32,377 nt of DNA from an uncultured Methanosarcinales archaeon (GTDB lineage Archaea; Nanobdellota; Nanobdellia; Woesearchaeales; GW2011-AR9): contig CAZCXW010000009.1 of NCBI GenBank assembly GCA_964502785.1, positions 1-32,377 on the forward strand. The letters are read 5' to 3'. The notes beneath the pieces are model-generated. The model searched no databases, was not told the DNA's origin, and worked only from the letters and a program-made list of their open reading frames with translations. The position numbers were made by a program, and so were the translations under genes. This document shows, piece by piece, positions 24,567 through 31,662 of the stretch. Within the stretch, counting starts at the first letter, position 1. Every line of letters begins with the position of its first letter.

Positions 24567-24983
24567 TTAGAGTGGGTATTCAACTGCCAAAAATTCACTA
24601 GCTTTCATAATTGTCACTTTTGCAAATTCTTTCAGTTTCAGTAAATGCGGATCTCCACTAATCAAATATTGAACATTTCCTACTATTGCTGTTTCCAGTA
24701 TTGCATTATTATAAGGATCATCTACAATTACTTTTACTTTACCTGTAATCTCAACCATCGTTGCAATTTCCAGAATTATAGAGATAAACATTGCTTTCTG
24801 CTCTCCAGTAAAATTGAATTTTGGATAGTCCAGTACTCTTTTTAACTCTTCAATCTGATTTGGAGAACTTACTAACTCCAATTCTCCATACAAACACTTC
24901 TCAAAGATCACTCTTGGTTTTCCCAACCAGCCAAGGGCAGAAATGAGAATATTCGTATCTAAGAGGACCTTCGTCTTGCCCAT
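24567..24983 (-). CDS. vapC: PIN-domain toxin (VapC-like)
   Basis: KVLLDTNILISAL N-terminus, acidic residues at PIN positions (VDDPYNN, SGDPHL), 138 aa, and overlap with the upstream antitoxin gene. Confidence 0.8.
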   Translation of the reverse strand: MGKTKVLLDTNILISALGWLGKPRVIFEKCLYGELELVSSPNQIEELKRVLDYPKFNFTGEQKAMFISIILEIATMVEITGKVKVIVDDPYNNAILETAIVGNVQYLISGDPHLLKLKEFAKVTIMKASEFLAVEYPL

Positions 24984-25225
24984 GCGACAGCCTCATCAAC
25001 ATCTTCAGGTGCAACTCTCTGTTTCTTGAATTGCTTCTCAATTTCTTTCGATAATTTCTGAAATTCAGCTTTTACATCTGGTATTTCTACTTTCTTAAAT
25101 AATATCCCACCTTTTACAGGAAACGGAACAAATCTATCCCCTGGACTAAATCCTTCGTCTATCCTTATATCTTGAGGAACTACCAACTGTCCTTTCGGAC
25201 TCATTTTTACGAGATCGGTGTCCAT
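24959..25225 (-). CDS. vapB: AbrB/SpoVT-family antitoxin (VapB-like)
   Basis: MSPKGQLVVPQDIRIDEGFSPGDRF swapped-hairpin motif; 88 aa; GGAGG about 9 nt upstream of the ATG; overlaps the PIN gene by 25 nt. Confidence 0.8.
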   Translation of the reverse strand: MDTDLVKMSPKGQLVVPQDIRIDEGFSPGDRFVPFPVKGGILFKKVEIPDVKAEFQKLSKEIEKQFKKQRVAPEDVDEAVAWARRRSS

Positions 25226-25250
25226 TTTATGCTACCTCCCATTGATGGTA

Positions 25251-25270
25251 AACAGTTAAACAGTTAAACT
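25251..25270. promoter_or_regulatory. Tandem octamer AAACAGTT x2.5, candidate VapB operator
   Basis: aaacagttaaacagttaaac sits between tatataaaa (25271-25279) and the SD/ATG of vapB. Confidence 0.35.
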
Positions 25271-25362
25271 ATATAAAATTTTCTCAAAATTACAGTTGCT
25301 ACCTATAAAATTGTATACTGTGGTTTATTTTAATTTACCAAAGTAATCGAAAGATTATTAAA

Positions 25363-25388
25363 GTATATCCGAGTACTTTACGGTATAC
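25363..25388. promoter_or_regulatory. Inverted repeat just upstream of the double-RHH gene
   Basis: GTATATCCG (25363-71) ... CGGTATAC (25381-88), ending 3 nt before ATG 25391. Confidence 0.35.
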
Positions 25389-25390
25389 CC

Positions 25391-25690
25391 ATGGACAAAA
25401 AGAGGCTGGATAGCGTTACAAAGATTTCTCAGGCTAATCTAGACCGCATTTCACGCTTAAAAGAATCAGGTTACGAGCCGAATGATTACGTCATTAATCT
25501 CGCATTAGACCTTCTCGAACAGGTGGGAGGGGGGGAAGGACTTGCGACGAAGCCGAATCTGACCACCAAAATTTCTTCTAAGACATTATTGCGGATTGCA
25601 AAGCTAAAACCAAGCGGTTACGAGACAAATGATTACATTATCGCCAAAGCGCTAAGTTTGCTGGAGAAGAAAAAAAGCATTAAAAAATGA
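25391..25690 (+). CDS. Tandem (fused) ribbon-helix-helix protein, putative DNA-binding regulator
   Basis: Two internal repeats, VTKISQANLDRISRLKESGYEPNDYVINLALDLLEQ and LTTKISSKTLLRIAKLKPSGYETNDYIIAKALSLLEKK. Each has the beta-strand / helix / G-x-(S/T/E) / helix layout of CopG/Arc-type RHH modules. They are joined by VGGGEGLATKPN. Confidence 0.55.
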   Translation: MDKKRLDSVTKISQANLDRISRLKESGYEPNDYVINLALDLLEQVGGGEGLATKPNLTTKISSKTLLRIAKLKPSGYETNDYIIAKALSLLEKKKSIKK

Positions 25691-28600
25691 AACAAAAAAA
25701 TAGAAAAAAGAGAAGAATGTTGAGAAAAAAGAAAGAACATTCTTTCCTTCCGCATCTTACTCCAAAGCTCTGGCTCTTTATGCTGCTCCTCGTCCTCCTC
25801 GCTCTGGGCAGTCTTTCATACTTTGTAGGTCCTCATACTATGAGTTCGATCACGGCCAGCGCTATCGGCATTTTGCCATTTGAAGAGAGCATTATGAATG
25901 AAACTGGACCTTCAGAGAGCAACAAAACGGAGAGTCAATCCGCTAATGTATCAGCGCTCTTGACTGAAAATGGCGCGCTTCCATCTGAAATTTCTGCGCC
26001 TCAGGAAAGAAATCTGCCTCAGGAAAGAAATCTCATTGTCAGTCAGATAACACCTCAGGCCGGAAATCATAATCGAGTCAGAGGGCCAGGAATGAATCGT
26101 CCTTCCGTGGTCAATAGAACAAACCTGCCCGAAGGAAGGGATCAGCACAATGGGTTTCGAAAGTATACCAAAAATAATGGCTTTGTTGTTGTGACTGAAC
26201 CAAAGGTAAGTTGTGAATGGGAGAGCCCAACCCTTGCTGTAAAGAGATGTTCTATTGTCTTTGAAGCCGAGAACACCAATGGCCAAAAGCCTGTCATTTC
26301 TGCTCCCACTTTGAATTTTAGCCACCAAAATGCTAACATCACTGACGTTACGACGTTATTCTCCAATGAATCTGTTGAGGATACTATTTGGGAGGTAATT
26401 TCCAACGTGACGGGAGATTATATTGAGGGTGAAGCAATTGATAGATTTACTAATTTTGTTCCTATTCCCGCTGCTATTGACACGGGAATTCCCTTTGCCA
26501 TTCAATACAATTTAACCATGCCCGTCTATCAAAACGATACCTTCAGCCTGCAACTAATCGGAGTCGTCAATGCTACTATTGACCCAGATATCTCTGCCTG
26601 CGCTACGCTTACAAATACAACAGATGAGTATGTGTTAACTTCAGAGGTAAGTTCCACCACAGATTGTTTTACCATTAGCAGTTCTACTGGTGTGGAGTTA
26701 GATTGTCGTGGAAATCTCGTTTATTTTGGAACTGATGGAAAAGGAAGCGCCAGGGGCGTTTTACTTAATGCTGCAAATGATACAAAAATTAAAAATTGTA
26801 TTTTTATACAGGGAGCAGGAAATAATACCAATGGCGATCGGGCAGTTTTAACAACCTCGAACAGTAGTGTAAATCTAACTATTCTTAATAATACTATAAT
26901 TCTCAACGGGACCAACGCAAAAGGAATAAGATTCTCAAATGTCCTAAATAGTGAAATAACATTAAACCGGATTAATGCTTCCATTGGTAATGCCCCGGCG
27001 GGAATAGAACTCATTTCTTCTGATAATAATACAATTATCCAAAATAATACTATAACTATCACTAGTAATGCTACACAGGGGATTTTTATCAATGGCGGGT
27101 CAGGAAATAATACGATTCGTTACAATTTTATTAACATAACTGTCTATAATTATGGATCCCCTATTTTCTTTCTAGGAACAAAGTTCAACTATATTTACAA
27201 TAATACTTTACACTATCAATGTACGACATGTAAAACTGATCAAGGCGATCAAGATGTTATTATTTTTGGATTAGGTTTAGCTGTAAGTGATAACCAATTT
27301 GTTAACAATATTTATTCCATTATTGGAAATGGTTCTGAAATGATTTTTAGAGATCGAAGGCCGCTGGAAGCAGATACACTCATTTTTAATAACTCACAGG
27401 GAGAAATAAGATTTGCTTACAATTCATTTCTCCTCAATTTGAATATCACTACTTTTTCCCGAACATTGCAGTTAGGCACTAATTTACATATCAGCAACAA
27501 CAGCATTGCCATTAACGCTTCCGATTTTAACACTTCCAAAAGTCCTTATTCGAACAGCAGTCTTAATCTCACATTGTCAGGATTGGGCTTTAATCAGAAT
27601 GTGACAAGAATTTACTATCTCGCAAACTTCAGTAATGATGGGGATTTCATTATTGCCAACGGTATAGATTGTATTGCCGCGGGGTATTGCGGCAATTTAG
27701 CTTATGACAACACAACTAAAATTGCTACATTCAATACTTCCTACTGGGGAAGTTTTGCGGTTAACGGAACGTATATGATAGATACTTTTTTTCCTCAAGC
27801 AGCATTCCTCAATCCTGCGAATAACAGCAACTTTAGTTCTGGTAATCAATCATTCAATGTCAGCATTCTTGAAGATTGGTCTTTAGGAGTAGTTCTCTTC
27901 AGTATTTCCAATAGCACTGGAACGCCATTTAATATCACATCTTTGACCAATGTCAGCGGCAACTGGAACACGATGATTAACATGAGTTCGTTAGTGGAAG
28001 GAACAAATATTGTAACCGTCTTCGCCAATGATACGAGTAATAATCTCAATAATACTGTTACTCTTTACTTTAATGTTGACTACACACCACCTAATGCTTC
28101 GTTTGTGAATACTATTGCCAACAACACAAATTTCAGCCTCGCCACGGGCTCATTAATTCTCAATGCTTCCATCATCGATGGTTTTGCAGGTGTATTGTCA
28201 GTGAATCTGAGTTTTGAAAACAACAGCGCGCAAGGCGGCACGGCATTCAACCGCACAGCTCTTAATTTCAGCGGGATGTGGAACGTCACCTTTACCGATG
28301 TATCTAACTTAACGGATGGCCTGCACCGTGTCAAAATTATGGCCAATGACAAACTTAACAACACAAATCGCACGTCTGAATTCTGGTTTGGCGTGGATAA
28401 GACCCCTCCTAATGTCAGCAATCTCAATATGATGGGCATGCTTACCCCTTCCGCTTTAGTTAATAATTCTAATTTCAGCGAGAATGTTGTAGCGCAATAT
28501 GGAGCAATCGCTTTTAATGTCACGGTCATCGATGGTTATCGGGGAGTCTTAAATGTAAATTTCAGTTTCGACAATGCTTCCGGAAATGCCGGGGGAACAG

Positions 28601-30444
28601 CATTCAATCGCACTGCCACGAACTTCAGCGGCAATTGGAATGTTTCATTTGAAAATATTTCTTTGAATTTCACCGACGGCCTTCATAAAATAATAATCAT
28701 GGCCAACGATGGATTGAATAATACGAATCGAACTACAGAATTATGGTTTAGAATTGACAGAGAAGTTCCGAATGCCAGTTTTGTCAACACAGTGACAGCT
28801 GGCGCAAATTTCACAGAAGCGACGGGAAGAGTTGTGTTCAATGCGAGCGTCATCGATGGAAGCATTGGCGTATTGGAAGTTAACATGAGCTTCGACAATG
28901 CGAGCGGCGTGGGCGGAACTGCATTCAATCGTACTGCAGCTAATTTCAGCGGCAACTGGAATGTGAGCCTTGAGAATGTCTCTGCAAACTTAACGGATGG
29001 TCTGCATGTTGTCCGCATCATGGCAAATGATAGATTCAATCACAGCAATCGTACAACAACATTTACATTCAGGGTTGACAGAGCGCCACCAAATGTTAGT
29101 GTTGGCGTCTTTGGAATAACAAATTCGAGTTATGGCGATTCCACTAATTTCCTCACCTTTGTGAATAACAGCAACTTCACGAGCGGAGCTCGTGTCGTGT
29201 TCAATGCGACTGTTATCGATGGCGTGACGGCTATCTCAACCGTTAACCTCAGTTTCTCTAACTTAACGGGAGACGGAGGAACTGCATTCAATCGTACTGC
29301 GGCTAACTTCAGCGGCAACTGGAATGTGACATTTGAGAACATTGCCCAGAACTTTACCGACGGCAGACATAGGCTGTTTATCATGGCGAATGACTGGGTG
29401 AATCACAGTAATAGAACCACTGATTTTTGGTTTTCGGTTGATACCACTGCTCCCAATGTTACTATTCTTACTTCTAATCTTACAAGATACAGTATAAATA
29501 ACGGCAGCACCGTCAATGCTACCATTTTCGAAACAAATTATGTTGTTGCTGTTATCTATCAATTCAGCAATGGCACTAACCCATTTAATCTCACGGCCGT
29601 TAACAACAGTGGAAATTGGCATTTAACATTTAACGCTTCTATCATTACGGAAGGAACTCACAATATTACGATCTTTGCCAATGACAGCGCGGGGAACTTG
29701 AATCGTGGGCAATTGGCGACTTTTATTATCGACCGCACCGCGCCGACAATTTCCCTCAGCCGTTCTGATGCATCTACTTCTACGCAATTGATAATTAACA
29801 TCGCCACCACGTCTGATTCTTTGACGTGCATTTCCGATCGTGGAAATGTTATAGGGACAGGCGCCGCGCAAACCCTCACCGCCAGTAGTTTAAGCCCTGA
29901 CACTATCTATTCTTTCACCGTATCTTGCACGGATGATGTTTCCAATACGAATAGTGTAACCCAAGAATTCCGCACTGGAGCTGCAGGTGGCAGTGGAGCT
30001 TCGGGAGGAATTAGCGGCGGTGGCGGAGGAGGTGGTGGCGGACGAAGCGCATCTCCTGCTGCGGAAAGCGAGCCTTCGCCGCAGCCAAGCGATGCTGTCA
30101 CTGGCGCGGTAGTTTCTTCAGAGGAGGAAGCTCCGATTAGTGAACGCGGCGGAGAAGCCGCCGGTGAAACAGGCGGCAAAAGTTGGATCCGACGGCCTTT
30201 TGTCCAAGTAACTGCTAATCGTGTCAGTGCCTTTGCGAAGAACATTATTTCTCTCACCACCGAGAGAGCCAGCGCGCTGCTTAAAATGGCCATCACCAAA
30301 TCAAAATGGTTTGCGACGGTTAATTACGGCTGGATAGCTCTCGCCTTTGTTTTAATTGCGGTCGTTCCCAGAATTTGGGTTTATGTGTATAAGAAGAGCG
30401 CAAAGAAACAGAAAAAAATAAAATCTATGAAAAGAAAACTATGA
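25687..30444 (+). CDS. Giant (1585 aa) membrane-anchored surface protein: N-terminal signal-anchor, parallel beta-helix (PbH1/NosD-like) region, about 7 Ig-like modules, Gly/Ser/Pro linker, C-terminal TM
   Basis: Basic N-tail plus TM (LWLFMLLLVLLALGSL). PbH1-like repeats at about 26750-27400 (NNTIILNGTNAKGIRF, NNTIIQNNTITITSNATQGIFI, NNTIRYNFINIT). Repeated modules are bounded by (V/I)D-x-x-(P/A)PN(A/V)(S/T). GGISGGGGGGGGGRS linker. C-terminal TM WIALAFVLIAVVP followed by a K-rich tail. ATGA overlaps at both ends. Confidence 0.85.
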   Translation: MKQKNRKKRRMLRKKKEHSFLPHLTPKLWLFMLLLVLLALGSLSYFVGPHTMSSITASAIGILPFEESIMNETGPSESNKTESQSANVSALLTENGALPSEISAPQERNLPQERNLIVSQITPQAGNHNRVRGPGMNRPSVVNRTNLPEGRDQHNGFRKYTKNNGFVVVTEPKVSCEWESPTLAVKRCSIVFEAENTNGQKPVISAPTLNFSHQNANITDVTTLFSNESVEDTIWEVISNVTGDYIEGEAIDRFTNFVPIPAAIDTGIPFAIQYNLTMPVYQNDTFSLQLIGVVNATIDPDISACATLTNTTDEYVLTSEVSSTTDCFTISSSTGVELDCRGNLVYFGTDGKGSARGVLLNAANDTKIKNCIFIQGAGNNTNGDRAVLTTSNSSVNLTILNNTIILNGTNAKGIRFSNVLNSEITLNRINASIGNAPAGIELISSDNNTIIQNNTITITSNATQGIFINGGSGNNTIRYNFINITVYNYGSPIFFLGTKFNYIYNNTLHYQCTTCKTDQGDQDVIIFGLGLAVSDNQFVNNIYSIIGNGSEMIFRDRRPLEADTLIFNNSQGEIRFAYNSFLLNLNITTFSRTLQLGTNLHISNNSIAINASDFNTSKSPYSNSSLNLTLSGLGFNQNVTRIYYLANFSNDGDFIIANGIDCIAAGYCGNLAYDNTTKIATFNTSYWGSFAVNGTYMIDTFFPQAAFLNPANNSNFSSGNQSFNVSILEDWSLGVVLFSISNSTGTPFNITSLTNVSGNWNTMINMSSLVEGTNIVTVFANDTSNNLNNTVTLYFNVDYTPPNASFVNTIANNTNFSLATGSLILNASIIDGFAGVLSVNLSFENNSAQGGTAFNRTALNFSGMWNVTFTDVSNLTDGLHRVKIMANDKLNNTNRTSEFWFGVDKTPPNVSNLNMMGMLTPSALVNNSNFSENVVAQYGAIAFNVTVIDGYRGVLNVNFSFDNASGNAGGTAFNRTATNFSGNWNVSFENISLNFTDGLHKIIIMANDGLNNTNRTTELWFRIDREVPNASFVNTVTAGANFTEATGRVVFNASVIDGSIGVLEVNMSFDNASGVGGTAFNRTAANFSGNWNVSLENVSANLTDGLHVVRIMANDRFNHSNRTTTFTFRVDRAPPNVSVGVFGITNSSYGDSTNFLTFVNNSNFTSGARVVFNATVIDGVTAISTVNLSFSNLTGDGGTAFNRTAANFSGNWNVTFENIAQNFTDGRHRLFIMANDWVNHSNRTTDFWFSVDTTAPNVTILTSNLTRYSINNGSTVNATIFETNYVVAVIYQFSNGTNPFNLTAVNNSGNWHLTFNASIITEGTHNITIFANDSAGNLNRGQLATFIIDRTAPTISLSRSDASTSTQLIINIATTSDSLTCISDRGNVIGTGAAQTLTASSLSPDTIYSFTVSCTDDVSNTNSVTQEFRTGAAGGSGASGGISGGGGGGGGGRSASPAAESEPSPQPSDAVTGAVVSSEEEAPISERGGEAAGETGGKSWIRRPFVQVTANRVSAFAKNIISLTTERASALLKMAITKSKWFATVNYGWIALAFVLIAVVPRIWVYVYKKSAKKQKKIKSMKRKL
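27775..29970 (+). repeat. Intragenic tandem array of about 7 Ig-like coding modules (about 240-365 bp each)
   Basis: Module boundaries lie near 27775, 28078, 28396, 28756, 29076, 29441 and 29731. The recurring core is GGTAFNRTA-NFSGNWNV-(S/T)-EN...TDGLH...IMAND..N.(T/S)NRT..F.F.VD. Segments 28915-28966 and 29278-29329 differ at only 2 of 52 nt. Confidence 0.85.
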
Positions 30445-30818
30445 GAAAAAAACAAAAGAGGACGCTCCGGAGGATGTTCCTGCAAAAGAAGTATGTTCAT
30501 TCCTATTTAATAGTATTATTCCTTCTCTTCCTTTTCTTGCTCAGCATTGCATTTATTGTTCCTCAAGAGCTTTCCAATTCCATCACCGGAGCGGTGATAA
30601 GTATATTGCCCATTGACGAGCCTCAAAATGAAACTGCCCATTTCATTAATCCTTCTCCAGAAATAACCATTCCCGAAAATCCCGCAACTAAAGTCCAGAA
30701 TCCTTCTCCCGCAGCTTCTGTACGTAATCCATCACCAGAGCAACCGATCAATTTGGAAAAGAACTTGAAAAACATAAAACAAACCGCTGAAGAAAGAGAC
30801 TACGAAGAGTTAGACTAA
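30441..30818 (+). CDS. Small membrane-anchored Pro-rich protein; N-terminal module paralogous to that of the giant protein
   Basis: MRKKQKRTLRRMF... followed by a TM, then SNSITGAVISILPIDEPQNET (compare MSSITASAIGILPFEESIMNET in the giant protein), then NPSP repeats. ATGA overlap with the giant gene's stop. Confidence 0.6.
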   Translation: MRKKQKRTLRRMFLQKKYVHSYLIVLFLLFLFLLSIAFIVPQELSNSITGAVISILPIDEPQNETAHFINPSPEITIPENPATKVQNPSPAASVRNPSPEQPINLEKNLKNIKQTAEERDYEELD

Positions 30819-30894
30819 AGAAGGAATTTTTAACTGAGCCTCTTCCATCTATTCCACTTTTTCATCACTACCTTTTTATACTTCTTCCATAATT

Positions 30895-31056
30895 ATGATT
30901 TCGGTGATCACTATGACAATGGGTAAACGAGACGTCGAAAAAAGGTTAAAAGATCTTAAGCAGGAAGTGGCTGCTCTTGAAGCGAAATGCCAGGGCGGGG
31001 GAGGAAAAAAAGAAGATTATGAACTGCTTGCCAAATTAAAGCGGAAGCTGAATTAA
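30895..31056 (+). CDS. Possible small coiled-coil protein (45-53 aa, start uncertain); not in the ORF track
   Basis: Hand translation: (MISVIT)MTMGKRDVEKRLKDLKQEVAALEAKCQGGGGKKEDYELLAKLKRKLN, stop at 31054-31056. TATA-like cctttttatac lies at about 30871-30881. Confidence 0.3.
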   Translation: MISVITMTMGKRDVEKRLKDLKQEVAALEAKCQGGGGKKEDYELLAKLKRKLN

Positions 31057-31094
31057 GCATCTCCTTTGCTTTCCATTTTTATACTAGAAATCAT

Positions 31095-31149
31095 TAGAAT
31101 CTGCTTTTTCCACCAGTGTATTCACTGGTCGTGGGCGGTTTTCTTTGAC
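31095..31149 (-). repeat. Mosaic intergenic repeat, copy A (internally deleted form of copy B)
   Basis: Minus strand reads GTCAAAGAAAACCGCCCACGACCAGTGAATACACTGGTGGAAAAAGCAGATTCTA. This equals copy B minus about 90 nt lying between two GACCA pentamers. It starts right after the T-rich tract following the cupredoxin-like gene's stop. Confidence 0.85.
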
Positions 31150-31171
31150 TTTAGAAAAGAAAAATAAAAAA

Positions 31172-31633
31172 TTATTGCACGGTAATCGTGCCTTGCACTA
31201 CTCTATCTCTGTCATCAGGGCGTTCATCGCGCGTGTCTTCCATTTCGTACTCGCTGGCGTAATAATACACGCCTGGCTGCAAAAATGTATACTGCGCTTT
31301 TGCTCCCGGTGGAAGGAATATCTCCGGACCATTTTCTTGAAACATTATTGTATGGCTGATATAGAACTGTTTTCCTTCTGCATTTTGCACACTGTCTCTG
31401 TTCACCCACATCACTGTGTCTCCGACATTAATTATCAAATCTGTAGGCATGAATTGCAGGTTTTCTACAACTACTTCACTCACCACTCCAGTTGCTTTTA
31501 CAACCAAAGCTTCCTCCTCTTCCTCTGCCACAGACAGCTTTTGTTGCGGTTGTTTTATTTGCTGTTGTTCTACGCAGCTGCTCACCAAGAGCGCGCCCAA
31601 CAGTAAAATACTTAGGACTAGTATTTTTTTCAT
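31172..31633 (-). CDS. Cupredoxin-fold lipoprotein-like protein lacking an intact type-1 Cu site
   Basis: Signal peptide with lipobox MKKILVLSILLLGALLVSSC. Plastocyanin-like VVENLQFMPTDLIINVGDTVMWVNRDS and SHTIMF. The usual C-x(n)-H-x(n)-M loop is replaced by GVYYYASEYEMEDTRDERPDD. Confidence 0.6.
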   Translation of the reverse strand: MKKILVLSILLLGALLVSSCVEQQQIKQPQQKLSVAEEEEEALVVKATGVVSEVVVENLQFMPTDLIINVGDTVMWVNRDSVQNAEGKQFYISHTIMFQENGPEIFLPPGAKAQYTFLQPGVYYYASEYEMEDTRDERPDDRDRVVQGTITVQ

Positions 31634-31662
31634 ATTTTTACCCCCTAATACATCTAACCTTA

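Noticed and set aside
27775-29970. Possibility that the repeated modules are a diversity-generating retroelement (TR/VR pair)
   Set aside because: There is no reverse transcriptase in the window. The differences between the most similar tracts are A/G and T/C transitions and wholesale divergence, not adenine-specific substitutions confined to one copy. The repeats are in-frame structural modules.
25951-30299. Numerous antisense ORFs inside the giant gene, for example 26721-27092, 28080-28529, 28683-29039, and 29907-30299 with a poly-Pro run
   Set aside because: All lie opposite a long, repeat-structured, clearly coding frame. The poly-Pro is simply the complement of the poly-Gly linker codons. 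No independent start signals are present.
5975-31149. The dispersed GTCAAAGAAAAC... repeats as a degenerate CRISPR array or stand-alone CRISPR repeats
   Set aside because: The copies are kilobases apart, in both orientations, of variable length, and not separated by uniform spacers. No cas genes or leader are present.
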